A DNA stretch of 64,000 nt from a virus (Duplodnaviria > Caudoviricetes): positions 1,065-65,064 of IMG/VR virus record IMGVR_UViG_3300048592_000967. One strand, 5' to 3'. The stretch's first letter is position 1. Each line of letters starts with the position of its first letter. A program made the translations under genes and the position numbers. The notes under the pieces were generated by a model that was not told where the DNA came from, did not search any database, and was given only the letters and a program-made list of their open reading frames with translations. This document shows, one piece after another, positions 9,889-19,713 of this stretch.

Positions 9889-10244
9889 GGCTCACCGGCG
9901 GTCAAGCCCGGCGAGCGATGGCAGCGGAAGAGTGGCAGTTTGAGGTCAAGCTCATCACGCCCACGCCCGAGAAGGAAAGACATATCATTCAGGCCCTGGT
10001 CAAGTTCATGGCCCCCGGCATCGCTGCCATCGCCAGAGAGCGGGGCCTGACCAATGCCCTTCCCCCCGAGGAGTTCGCTCGACGTCACAAGCTGATGGTC
10101 GACTACTACATGGCCAACCCACAGGCCACCTCCGTTCCTCCAGAGTTGCTGGCTGCACAAGCCCAACCGGACACCACTGACGCTAACACGACGCTGGTGA
10201 CCGCAGATCAACCCAAAACAGAAAGTCGAGGAAATGCCGGATGA
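9885..10244 (+). CDS. Early protein of unknown function, shared with the satellite
   Basis: 9924-10155 near-identical to 44746-44977. Confidence 0.8.
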   Translation: MRLTGGQARRAMAAEEWQFEVKLITPTPEKERHIIQALVKFMAPGIAAIARERGLTNALPPEEFARRHKLMVDYYMANPQATSVPPELLAAQAQPDTTDANTTLVTADQPKTESRGNAG

Positions 10245-10474
10245 AAATCAAGAAACTCCCCCAACTGCAGAGCCACGGAGGCGGTCGACCCCACGCTGCC
10301 GCGCCCGTGTTCGAGGTCAGTGAAACCGTCATGGACGCCCAGAGCTGCCTGATGGATTTGCGGGCCGCCTTCAACTCCCTGATGGACCAGGCGCAACAAA
10401 AATTGCGTGAGGCGCAACAGGCGATGATGGAAATCTCACGCGTGGCCAACGGCCCGAAGGTGCGGGTGGCGTGA
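10241..10474 (+). CDS. Hypothetical protein
   Basis: ATGA-coupled early operon. Confidence 0.65.
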   Translation: MKIKKLPQLQSHGGGRPHAAAPVFEVSETVMDAQSCLMDLRAAFNSLMDQAQQKLREAQQAMMEISRVANGPKVRVA

Positions 10475-10855
10475 TGTCGGCACTCGTTGTTTGCGAGCTG
10501 AGCCCCGGTGGGCGGCGGGCTATCCCCCCGCACCGGGTTCAACTCCCGGAAAGCTCATTTATTCGCGACTTCATCGCCGGCTGGATTGCGGGCTCGCTTT
10601 GCTGGGGCCCTGTGGTTCTGGTGGAGCTGGCCCGCGCCTGGTGGCCGGGAGGTGGACTGTGAACGCCTACTACGACTGCGCTTCGGTCGGCCCGGTTGCT
10701 TACGAACTGTCCAGAGTCGACGACAAGATCAAGGTCATCTTCCAGCAGAAGGATGGCCCCATGGGCTTCCGCTTGTTGCTCACCGAACAGGAAGCGGTAC
10801 ACCTCGGACGTCACCTGCTCTTGTTGTCCACCTTGCTCCCCGGGGACATTGAGTA

Positions 10856-11218
10856 ATGGGCCGGCCACGCGACCCCATGTATCCCGTGATGATGGACAAC
10901 CTGGAGCGACTGGTGCGCTCCTGGGAAAGTCGCTACAACCTGATCCCACGGCCTCGCGACGTCCTCAAGGAGTGGCGGGCCCAGGGGAAAGACCACACCA
11001 AAATGCAGGCCCACTACTGGCTGCGTCAACTGCACGAGAGCGGCCGCATCGATGACGTGCTGGCCCGCTGCCCGATGGCTCCCAGGAGCCGGCGCAAGCT
11101 CGAAAGCGTGACCAACCCCCAACCAGTCGCCAAGCGGGTGCGAGACAACAGCCACACCGGCCGGTGCACCCCGGAGATGGCGCGCAAGATTATGGACCTG
11201 TTGCTGGAGATCGCATGA
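10856..11218 (+). CDS. Hypothetical basic protein
   Basis: Early operon continuity. Confidence 0.65.
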   Translation: MGRPRDPMYPVMMDNLERLVRSWESRYNLIPRPRDVLKEWRAQGKDHTKMQAHYWLRQLHESGRIDDVLARCPMAPRSRRKLESVTNPQPVAKRVRDNSHTGRCTPEMARKIMDLLLEIA

Positions 11219-11402
11219 GCGACGTGCTGGCAACCTACCGCGGACAACTGAAAGCTCTGGCTGAAGAGGCCTTCGCCAGGTGCAACGGCATCGATCCTGA
11301 GCTGGGACCCTCGACCGGTCCCGAGATTATGCGCACCGCCAGGGCCCACGCTCTCTATGAGGCGTTGGCTCTGCTCGACGAAGTTCGCGTCAAAGCCCAC
11401 TG

Positions 11403-11720
11403 ATGCACTGGGAAGCGCTCATAGAGACCCTCTGTGCGACCATCATTCGGCTCGACCAGATGGTGAAGCAGGTCCAGCAACTGCGCAGCGACGAGGGCCA
11501 GACCGTGCTGGTATCGCTTCGAGTGGTCGCCTACCTCAACGACCAGGATTGCTATCCGACCGCCATGGTCGACCACTGCCCTCCCGATGTGGCCGCTCAG
11601 GTTCAGGCCCTGGCTGCCAAGTGTCCTTGCCTGATCGAGTGCTGGCCCCGCTACCGTATCACCCAGCTGGGCCGGCAGATGCTACGAGACAGGAGCGCTA
11701 TCCACCATGAATTGGATTGA
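11403..11720 (+). CDS. Hypothetical protein
   Basis: Early operon continuity. Confidence 0.6.
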   Translation: MHWEALIETLCATIIRLDQMVKQVQQLRSDEGQTVLVSLRVVAYLNDQDCYPTAMVDHCPPDVAAQVQALAAKCPCLIECWPRYRITQLGRQMLRDRSAIHHELD

Positions 11721-12003
11721 CCCTATCGAGGAAGCCAATGGCGTCCTCCGAGACATGGCCGTGCGAGAGTTGGAGTTCATCAACTTCTTGCTGTCCAAGC
11801 AGATGGTCAGCGGCCCCTGGTCGGCCGGGACTCTGGCGCTGATGAACCTCATCCGCGCCTGCATTCACTTCGCGCCCGTCGACCTGATGCTCGAGGCTCT
11901 CCTGGAGGCCCGTGAGTGCTACAAGCTGGCCTCGTCGGGCCAGCAGTTCGAACTGGACGTATTGGCGGACATCGCTCGCACCGCTCTGGAGGTGCGCAAG
12001 TGA
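11707..12003 (+). CDS. Hypothetical protein
   Basis: AGGAG RBS, operon continuity. Confidence 0.6.
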   Translation: MNWIDPIEEANGVLRDMAVRELEFINFLLSKQMVSGPWSAGTLALMNLIRACIHFAPVDLMLEALLEARECYKLASSGQQFELDVLADIARTALEVRK

Positions 12004-12419
12004 GCAACGAGCTGCGCCAAACGCTACTCCGCCAGATTGAGCAACTGCGCACCGACCTCCGCTACTACGAAGGCGCTGTCACGCGCACCCAGGCCCGCAT
12101 TCGTGCACTGGAGGCCGAGCTCGAGCAGCAAGCCCCGGAGGTCGCTGCTCCGTGAAGCGCTACGTGATCGACATACCAGCCACGCCAAAGCAACTCGAGC
12201 AGCTTCGCGCCCGCAAACGCTACTGCCAGGCTTTCCGGCTACGCCGGCGCGACCGCATTCGTGAGGCTATGGCGGCAATGATGCAACCCCCTGAAAACGG
12301 TTCAGACCCGGGCAGTGGCCTCTAGCGGGGATCGCCCCCAATCACCAGCCTGCACGCCTGATCGGGCCCGATCTCCGCTTGAGGCCACACCCACCACCCC
12401 ACCATACCACGGAGCAAAC

Positions 12420-13220
12420 ATGAAGAAGCCCAGCAACCAAGAGACACCTGAAGTCAAGCCGATCCCAGAGACTGCTACCCCTGACGTTCGCACTATCGGC
12501 GAGCGCTTCAATGCCATCAAGGGGCGGTTGCAAACCGGGTGCATCACGAAGAACGGCTCAAAAATCATCTTCGGCAACAAGATTGACTTCGTGATGTCAG
12601 ACGACCTGATGGAGTTGGTGCGCGGGTTGCTGGCCGACGAGGGCCTGGACGTCGACTGCTCCATGCATCCTCGCTTTCCACCCAAAGAGATCCAGGTCAA
12701 AACGGCCAAAGGCATGCGGCTAGAGTGGCAATGTTGGTTCGTCATCACGACCACCTGCCCGGGCCCCGGTGGCCAGGAGTATCGCCAGCGCCGCTGGTGG
12801 TGCGCCCAGGACGCGGATACAACCATTGCCGGCACACTGGCTTTCAAGGCATACCTTTTGAAGAGGCTGCAGCTTTCCGGCGGCAATGGCGACGGAATCG
12901 ACCTTGGGGCAGTCGAGGCGCTGCCTCAAGCCGAAAAGCCCTGGAACAAGAACCTCAGCGTCACCCCTGAAAACGGCGCCAAGCAACCCAAGGCGACCGG
13001 AGCTAAGGGGCCAAGCAAGCCCGATGAAAAAGAGCCCAAGCCTAACGACCCGGCACCGGAAGACGAGGTAAAAGCGCTCTGGAAGATTTGGTGCGAGACC
13101 TTTGGCAACGAGGCGAAGGTAGCCTGGCAAAAGGCCTTCCCGAAAATCACCACCCTGAACGGCATGAGTAACGCTGCCGTGCAAGCGGTCTGGACCCACC
13201 TGGCGGAACGCGACAAATGA
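12420..13220 (+). CDS. Probable ssDNA-annealing protein (ERF-like)
   Basis: 'CITKNG..IDFV..DDLMELVRGLLADEGL' and 'TLAFKAYLLKRLQL' resemble the ERF core; precedes exonuclease and SSB. Confidence 0.6.
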   Translation: MKKPSNQETPEVKPIPETATPDVRTIGERFNAIKGRLQTGCITKNGSKIIFGNKIDFVMSDDLMELVRGLLADEGLDVDCSMHPRFPPKEIQVKTAKGMRLEWQCWFVITTTCPGPGGQEYRQRRWWCAQDADTTIAGTLAFKAYLLKRLQLSGGNGDGIDLGAVEALPQAEKPWNKNLSVTPENGAKQPKATGAKGPSKPDEKEPKPNDPAPEDEVKALWKIWCETFGNEAKVAWQKAFPKITTLNGMSNAAVQAVWTHLAERDK

Positions 13221-14695
13221 CCGCCGAGCCTTATGACCCTCTGAACATCGCCGCCGAACTGGATGCCCTCGAACTCGAGGCCAGGACCAACTTTGCAGCC
13301 CCCAGCGTGCTCGACAAACCCGAGCTGAGGATCCTCTCAAACTACAAGCGCTGGGCGCCTGAGATTACACCCCAACCCGAGTTCGGCGCTGACCTGCAGA
13401 AGTGGATCGACGAGCACTTCGCCGGCGACGTTAGGGCCCTGGCCGCTGAGATTGAGACTTCGGTCGACACCGTCCGGAAGTGGATTGCCGGCCAGGTGCC
13501 CAACCGACCGAAGCAAGAGGCGCTGCGCCGTGCAGGCTATCGCGGAGACTTTTGGCCGCGCAAGTGGTCCCAGAGCCAGTTCGTTCGGTCTGAGCTGGTA
13601 AAGGTCCGCAACAAGAACTGGAAGCCTGGCGATTGGGAAGGCCGAGAATACAAGGAGAAGTATTGCGTCGTTGCGCGCATCGAGCGCAACGAGTTCACCG
13701 GCCGCGGTAAAAGCCGGGTCAGTCGGCGGGTGGTCGAAGAGGTGGAGCTGCTCTTCCCGACCCGGGTCAGCGACGTGGCCAAAGTCATCTCCAATGATGA
13801 GGCCCTATGCGACTGGACCGGGGGCCAGACCCTTACCCACGCCCTGGGCGAGCCCGTCCTCCGAGGTAAAGCCTACTCCAAGGAGGGCGTCCTCGAGCCG
13901 GTCGAAATCCGGGGGACCTGGCGCAAGATCGAGGCCTGGACGCGCAAATGCCTGACGCACGAAATCACCATCGACCACGAGAAGTCGATCCTCAAGCCAA
14001 TGGAGCCCTACTCGAGCCGAGAACTGCTCGATGCCCACAAGCAAGCTTACCTGGACCGCTACAAGACGCGGGACCGCGCAGGTGAGCTGGGCACCCGGGC
14101 TCACAAGCTGGGACACGCATGGCTGAAGTTTCACGAGTATCAGCATAGGGACGAGTCTGGCCGTGTGCTCGTAGAGCGCATCCTCGCGCCTCACTGGTTC
14201 TGGTATCCCGAGAGCGACTCATCGGAGCTCTATGAATGGGAACTGGAATGGGAGCCCCCCGAGGTAATTCAGGCACTGCTGAACCTCGAGGAGTTCATCG
14301 CGCAGAACGAGCTCGAGATCGTGGCCACCGAGTTGCTGCTGGCCGACATGGTCCACGGAGTCGCCGGAGCCTGTGACTGCATCGCCCGGGACAAGTTTGG
14401 CAACCTTGTCTTCCTGGACTGGAAGACCTCGGGGGGTGTCTACCCCACGATGTTCCTGCAAATCACCTGGTATGCCCGACTCTACTGGCTTTGCTACCGA
14501 GTGATGCCCGCACGCGCCTACATCATTCGACTGGACAAGCTCACTGCGCGAGTCGACCGCATTCCGGTCTTTGAGGACGGGCTTGAACGCCAGGAGCATC
14601 TCGAGGCGGCAATCCACGCCGTGCACCTATATCGCTGGAACAAGGGCGTCGAGGCCAAACTCGATGCCATCAGGTTGGAGGTTGAAAATGGCTGA
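13217..14695 (+). CDS. PD-(D/E)XK exonuclease with N-terminal HTH
   Basis: GTRAHK, VAGACDCI, FLDWKTS, LQITWYA motifs. Confidence 0.8.
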   Translation: MTAEPYDPLNIAAELDALELEARTNFAAPSVLDKPELRILSNYKRWAPEITPQPEFGADLQKWIDEHFAGDVRALAAEIETSVDTVRKWIAGQVPNRPKQEALRRAGYRGDFWPRKWSQSQFVRSELVKVRNKNWKPGDWEGREYKEKYCVVARIERNEFTGRGKSRVSRRVVEEVELLFPTRVSDVAKVISNDEALCDWTGGQTLTHALGEPVLRGKAYSKEGVLEPVEIRGTWRKIEAWTRKCLTHEITIDHEKSILKPMEPYSSRELLDAHKQAYLDRYKTRDRAGELGTRAHKLGHAWLKFHEYQHRDESGRVLVERILAPHWFWYPESDSSELYEWELEWEPPEVIQALLNLEEFIAQNELEIVATELLLADMVHGVAGACDCIARDKFGNLVFLDWKTSGGVYPTMFLQITWYARLYWLCYRVMPARAYIIRLDKLTARVDRIPVFEDGLERQEHLEAAIHAVHLYRWNKGVEAKLDAIRLEVENG

Positions 14696-15128
14696 TCAGA
14701 ACAACTTCGTTTGCACCGGGCGCCTCGGCAACGACCCCGAGCTGAAATACACCCAGGCCGGAAAGGCAATGTGCACACTCTCCGTTGCCATTGGGGGCTA
14801 CAACAACGACACGCTGTGGATGCGTGCCAAGTGCTGGGAAAAGACGGCAGAAATCGCCAACCAGTATCTTAAGAAGGGCTCCCGAGTCGCACTGTCTGGC
14901 CGACTGTCCGAAAACGAATGGCAAGGTCAGGACGGCACCACACACCGCCGTACAGAGCTGAACGTGCGCGATCTCACGCTGCTCGACCCCAAAGCTGAGG
15001 GCCAGGGCCAGAACAACCAGCCGCGGCGAGCCAGCCAACAACCGCAGAAGAACCGTAGTCAGCAAAACTTGGGCTGGGGCTCAGCCGACAACTTGGATGA
15101 CGTGGACGTCGATGAAATCCCGTTCTGA
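14688..15128 (+). CDS. ssb: Single-stranded DNA-binding protein
   Basis: GRLGNDPELKYT, YLKKGSRV, acidic DEIPF C-terminus. Confidence 0.95.
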   Translation: MADQNNFVCTGRLGNDPELKYTQAGKAMCTLSVAIGGYNNDTLWMRAKCWEKTAEIANQYLKKGSRVALSGRLSENEWQGQDGTTHRRTELNVRDLTLLDPKAEGQGQNNQPRRASQQPQKNRSQQNLGWGSADNLDDVDVDEIPF

Positions 15129-15275
15129 GCGCAGCTTGAACTGCTCGATTTGCGGCGCCGCCTTCCTGCTGCGTGCCCAGGCTTTCCTGTGTCCTGACTG
15201 CGCAGCTCGGGAGTGGCCAGCAGTGCCTCGGGCAGCAGCCAGTGAGCCGAGGCCCGGCGCATACGGTGCAAAGCG

Positions 15276-16865
15276 ATGAACCTGGTGCTGCGAGAAGACG
15301 AGCTGATCGTCGATAACTTCGCTGGTGGCGGGGGAGCGTCGCTCGGTATCGAGTGGGCCCTGGGCCGGTCGCCGGACGTCGCGATCAACCACGACCCGAT
15401 AGCGATCGCCATGCATCGAGCTAACCACCCGAGGACCCGGCATTTCGTCCAGAACATCTGTGCCGTAGACCCCGTGGAGGTTGTCCAGGGCCGGCCCGTC
15501 GGTGTGGCCTGGTTTTCCCCGGACTGCACCCATCACTCGAAAGCCTCGGGAGGTCGGCCGCGTAGCAAAAGAGTGCGAGACCTGGCATGGGTTGTTGCTC
15601 ATTGGGCCTACAGGGTCAGGCCGCGGCTCATCTTCTTCGAGAACGTGGAAGAGATCCAGAGCTGGGGACCGCTATGCTCGCTGGTGCGCGACCACGCGCG
15701 GTGCCCCGAGTGTAGTGGTGAACACGCACCGGCCCTGGTTGACCGTCCGTGCCCTACGTGCAGAGGCATCTACTGGGCGCAGTTGTTGCGTCGACTGAGG
15801 TCGTTGGGCTACCGACTGGAATGCCGTGAGCTGCGGGCCTGCGACTTCGGCGCCCCGACGATTCGCAAGCGGCTCTACATGATCGCCCGCTGCGACGGGG
15901 CGCCTATCGTGTGGCCAGAGCCGACCCACGGGCCCGGGCGGCTGCCATACCGGACAGCTGCCGAGTGTATCGACTGGAGCCTGCCCTGCCCTTCGATTTT
16001 CGGGCGCAAGCGGCCCCTGGCGCCCGCCACTATGCGCCGGATTGCCCGGGGGTTGCGCAAATACGTCCTGGAGTCTGCGAGTCCGTTCCTGGTGCCATTG
16101 ACGCACCAGGGAGGAGACAGGACCTACCCGCTGAGCGAGCCATTCCGAACGGTAACCTGTGCCAATCGCGGCGAGACGGCCCTGGTAGCGCCCTATCTGA
16201 CGAAATTCAACCAGAACAGCCTTGGCCAGGAACTGCAGAGCCCGTTGGACACCGTGATGGCGGGCGCCCCACGGTTCGCCATGGTGGCCCCCTACCTGGT
16301 GCCTCGGCATGGAGAAAGGCCCGGACAAGAGCCGCGTTGCTCATCCGCCGAGGCTCCAATGCCAGTGATTACCCCAGGCAACGAACAGGGCTCACTGGTG
16401 GCCGCCTGGATGGCTCAGCACAACACGGGCTCGATCGGGCGCAGCGTTGAAGAGCCGGTGCCCACCCTGACGGCCAGCGGGACGCACGTCGCCGAGGTCC
16501 GGGCATTCCTGCAGGCGTACTACGGCACCGATCAGGACGCCCGTCTGGATGCTCCACTGCCGACAATCACCACCCGCGACCGTTTCGGAATCGTGGTCTG
16601 CTACCAACTGGTGGACATCGGGATGCGTATGTTGAGCCCGCGCGAGCTGTTCCGGGCCCAGGGCTTCCCCGCTGGCTACATCATAGACCCGATTTACGAG
16701 GGCGCGCCGCTAATAAAGACGGCGCAAATCCGCTGCTGCGGCAACTCCGTTTGCCCGGATGTGGCAAGGGCCCTGGTGGCCGCCAACTACACCGATCACT
16801 CTGTCACACCGAGGCCCCTCCGCCGGCGGATTCGGGAGCCGCGCGGCCAGGGTGCACTTCTATGA
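15276..16865 (+). CDS. DNA (cytosine-5) methyltransferase
   Basis: FAGGGG, SPDC, ENVEE, RKRLY, GNSVCP motifs. Confidence 0.93.
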   Translation: MNLVLREDELIVDNFAGGGGASLGIEWALGRSPDVAINHDPIAIAMHRANHPRTRHFVQNICAVDPVEVVQGRPVGVAWFSPDCTHHSKASGGRPRSKRVRDLAWVVAHWAYRVRPRLIFFENVEEIQSWGPLCSLVRDHARCPECSGEHAPALVDRPCPTCRGIYWAQLLRRLRSLGYRLECRELRACDFGAPTIRKRLYMIARCDGAPIVWPEPTHGPGRLPYRTAAECIDWSLPCPSIFGRKRPLAPATMRRIARGLRKYVLESASPFLVPLTHQGGDRTYPLSEPFRTVTCANRGETALVAPYLTKFNQNSLGQELQSPLDTVMAGAPRFAMVAPYLVPRHGERPGQEPRCSSAEAPMPVITPGNEQGSLVAAWMAQHNTGSIGRSVEEPVPTLTASGTHVAEVRAFLQAYYGTDQDARLDAPLPTITTRDRFGIVVCYQLVDIGMRMLSPRELFRAQGFPAGYIIDPIYEGAPLIKTAQIRCCGNSVCPDVARALVAANYTDHSVTPRPLRRRIREPRGQGALL

Positions 16866-16881
16866 AAGACGAGGCTTGAGA

Positions 16882-17385
16882 ATGACCATTAAGCAGTTGC
16901 AAATTAAGCTGAACAAGGAAAGTTCAAATTTCGGCGAGGAAATGGTCGTCATCCATCAGGACCTCGTCAAGCTCAGGACGGGTGACGACACCGGGCCGGC
17001 CATCGCTTGGCGCAACAGACACTTCCTTGCCCAGATTTACTCGGACGGAACCCATTTGAGACTGAGCATCAACCGCACTGTCCTGAATGACGAGGGCCAC
17101 TGGGTCGACGGAATTACCTGGGACGAACTGCAATGGGTAAAGGCCCAGTGCGGGTTCTCCCATTATTGGGCGGTCGAAATCTATCCGGCAGACGAGCACG
17201 TCATCTGCGACGCCAACATCCGGCACCTGTTGCTGCTCGGAGAGCAGCAACCATCATTCGCCTGGACCTCAGAGACGAGGGCCGGGCGAAGTCCTCTCAA
17301 TGAAATACTCGCCAACCAACCGGTGAGTCGCGCGGTCCGACGTCGGCTAAAGAATTCAATCATGGAGGTGGCCAGTGGGCGATAA
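16882..17385 (+). CDS. Conserved phage protein
   Basis: RLSI..ITWDELQWVK..AVEIYP..NIRHL pattern common in phages. Confidence 0.7.
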   Translation: MTIKQLQIKLNKESSNFGEEMVVIHQDLVKLRTGDDTGPAIAWRNRHFLAQIYSDGTHLRLSINRTVLNDEGHWVDGITWDELQWVKAQCGFSHYWAVEIYPADEHVICDANIRHLLLLGEQQPSFAWTSETRAGRSPLNEILANQPVSRAVRRRLKNSIMEVASGR

Positions 17386-17674
17386 AACCGGCTTGGAATA
17401 TAGGACCGTCGAGACATGGCAGGCCATCGAGGCAGGCGAACCGTTCCATCACCACTCCGAGGTAACAGGCGTAACAGCGGCGGAAGCCGCCCAGGTCTTT
17501 GCCGATCTGCTGCTGAGCCAGCGACTTGGGAACCGAAGTATCATCGAGAAGGAAATCCGCGTCCGTGCCCTAGGGGAAAGAAAGTGGCAGAAGTTCACGG
17601 TGCGCCTGGTGGCCCTCGTCGAGCCAAAACGTAACCCGGGGTGCTGTCACCCGGAGGTGTCCGATGGGCGATAA
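17375..17674 (+). CDS. Hypothetical protein
   Basis: GGAGG RBS; N-terminus duplicates that of the next gene. Confidence 0.6.
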   Translation: MGDKTGLEYRTVETWQAIEAGEPFHHHSEVTGVTAAEAAQVFADLLLSQRLGNRSIIEKEIRVRALGERKWQKFTVRLVALVEPKRNPGCCHPEVSDGR

Positions 17675-18380
17675 AACGGGCATCGAATGGACCGACGCCA
17701 CCTGGAACCCAGTCACCGGCTGCAACAAGATTTCGCCGGGGTGCAAACACTGCTACGCCGAGACAATGGCGGACAGACTGCAGGCGATGGGCCAGCGCAA
17801 CTACGCCAACGGTTTCGTGCTCACGCTCCAGCCCCACATGCTGGATCGGCCGCTGCTATGGAAGCGACCGAGGACCATCTTCGTCAACTCGATGAGCGAC
17901 CTTTTCCACGCGGACGTTCCCTGCGATTACATCCAGCGCGTTTTTGAGGTGATGCGGCAGGCCTATTGGCATCGCTTTCAGGTGCTCACCAAGCGCGCCA
18001 ACCGCCTGGCCAAGATGGCTCCCGATTTGCTCTTTCCGTCAAACGTATGGGTCGGGGTGAGCGTTGAAACGCAAAAATACGCCTTCCGTATCGACTGCCT
18101 GCGCCAAGTTCCGGCCGCAGTTCGTTTCCTATCCCTCGAGCCACTGCTTGGACCGCTGCCAGAGCTGGACCTGCGGGGCATTCACTGGGTGATTGTCGGA
18201 GGTGAATCAGGACCAGGAGCTCGCCCGATGTCCAAAGAGTGGGTCACGGACCTTCGCGACCAGTGCCTACGAGCGCAGGTCCCCTTCTTCTTCAAGCAGT
18301 GGGGTGGCGTCAACAAAAAGGCCGCCGGCCGCGAGCTCGACGGCCGCACCTGGGATGAGTTCCCGAAGGTGGCACAGTGA
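17664..18380 (+). CDS. Phage Gp37/Gp68 (DUF5131) radical-SAM-like protein
   Basis: [49 protein letters not shown]. Confidence 0.93.
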   Translation: MGDKTGIEWTDATWNPVTGCNKISPGCKHCYAETMADRLQAMGQRNYANGFVLTLQPHMLDRPLLWKRPRTIFVNSMSDLFHADVPCDYIQRVFEVMRQAYWHRFQVLTKRANRLAKMAPDLLFPSNVWVGVSVETQKYAFRIDCLRQVPAAVRFLSLEPLLGPLPELDLRGIHWVIVGGESGPGARPMSKEWVTDLRDQCLRAQVPFFFKQWGGVNKKAAGRELDGRTWDEFPKVAQ

Positions 18381-18580
18381 ACGTCTACTCCATTGAAGTC
18401 CCGCTGCTAAAGCTGACCGTCATGGCGGCCAGCAAGGAAATCGCCTCCGAGGCCGCTTATTCGGTTCTTGGCGCAATGATTCGGCAATGCGGCGCCGAGG
18501 GCATCGAGGTCGACTGGGACGATATAGTTATCGACCAGGCCGAACCGCCTGAGGCTCTTGACCTGGAGCCGCAGCCGTGA
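18377..18580 (+). CDS. Hypothetical protein
   Basis: GTGA overlap. Confidence 0.55.
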   Translation: MNVYSIEVPLLKLTVMAASKEIASEAAYSVLGAMIRQCGAEGIEVDWDDIVIDQAEPPEALDLEPQP

Positions 18581-18752
18581 AGCCTTGTCCGTTCTGCGGC
18601 AAGTCTGACCGCGTTGCTACCTGTGGAACACAAACGGAATGCTGCCGATGCGAGGTAATCGTCTCGAGCGAAGTCTGGCAGCGGCGACCTATCGAGGACC
18701 AACTGGCCAAAACTCTGAACGAAGCTGCTGAGCACGGCGGAGTGTGGCCCGT

Positions 18753-19058
18753 ATGAGCTACATCGAGACATGCTGGCAAGAAATTGAGCCAGACCGAATT
18801 CGATTTGGTCCGCTGGGACGAATGCCGATCTGGAGACTACACCACGAAGTGACCGGACAGCAGCGCCTTTACTCTGACCCCATCCGGAGCGTTGCCGTTC
18901 GGCACGAGGCCTGGCGTGGATTCAGACTGGCGATGCTTTTGCAACCGTGGAGCTATCCTTGCCGGTGCGTGACAGTTGGCCAGGGACCAGCGTGGCCCGG
19001 GATCCTGCGTACTCGAGTAGAGCTTGAGCGCCTACTCCACGGATGGAGGCACCTGTGA
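18753..19058 (+). CDS. Hypothetical protein
   Basis: Operon continuity. Confidence 0.55.
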   Translation: MSYIETCWQEIEPDRIRFGPLGRMPIWRLHHEVTGQQRLYSDPIRSVAVRHEAWRGFRLAMLLQPWSYPCRCVTVGQGPAWPGILRTRVELERLLHGWRHL

Positions 19059-19372
19059 GCAAGGGCTACCTCGCTTTCCAACAGGTCCTCCGCCCGCTGG
19101 GCTGGGACGATGCCGGCAGAGGATGTTGGGGTCGCAAATACCTCGTGGCCCCCGGGCCCGATCAGGAGTACTCTCGCAGGGCCGACGCCTCTGCCGCGAC
19201 CGTAGTGGCCCGATGGGTCGACACCGACACCACCCGGGCCCAGTTCCGCCAGCTCCTCGACGAGACAGAGCAGCTGGCCAGAGCCTGCCGCGCCGCCCTT
19301 CAGGCCCTCGAGGCCACCCCCAAGCAAACCGAGCTTTTCCAACCAACCCTGACCTTGGAAGGTAAACGATGA
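19055..19372 (+). CDS. Hypothetical protein
   Basis: GGAGG RBS, GTGA overlap. Confidence 0.55.
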   Translation: MSKGYLAFQQVLRPLGWDDAGRGCWGRKYLVAPGPDQEYSRRADASAATVVARWVDTDTTRAQFRQLLDETEQLARACRAALQALEATPKQTELFQPTLTLEGKR

Positions 19373-19713
19373 AAAACGTCCTGCTCAATATCGAGCTGAT
19401 CAACAGTGCTGCTTTTCGATTCTTGCAAGACAGCCACCAGGGCAATGCCTGGCGATATATCCGAATGGTTACCATCGCCGCCAAGGCCAACCGCCGGGGG
19501 GGCCGTGGGCGGGTCCAAAAATACGACAAGACGCCCTATGGCGCCACGGAACTGGCTCGCACGCACGAGCGCTCGAGCGGATACTATTACGTCGAAATCT
19601 GGGAAGCCTTTCTCGCCGAATGCCTGGAACACGGCCTGCTTGTCGTCGACCCGGCCGACGGTTGCTACGTCATCAACAACTGGCACTTATGGGTGCCTGG
19701 AGGTGGGCGATGA
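19369..19713 (+). CDS. Replisome-organizer-like winged-helix protein
   Basis: FLAECLEHGLLVVD..YVINNW resembles phage replication initiator N-domains. Confidence 0.55.
   Translation: MKNVLLNIELINSAAFRFLQDSHQGNAWRYIRMVTIAAKANRRGGRGRVQKYDKTPYGATELARTHERSSGYYYVEIWEAFLAECLEHGLLVVDPADGCYVINNWHLWVPGGGR

Noticed and set aside
9924-10155. Diversity-generating retroelement TR/VR pair (also considered for the TMP copies)
   Set aside because: No reverse transcriptase; differences are not adenine-specific and are mostly synonymous in the TMP
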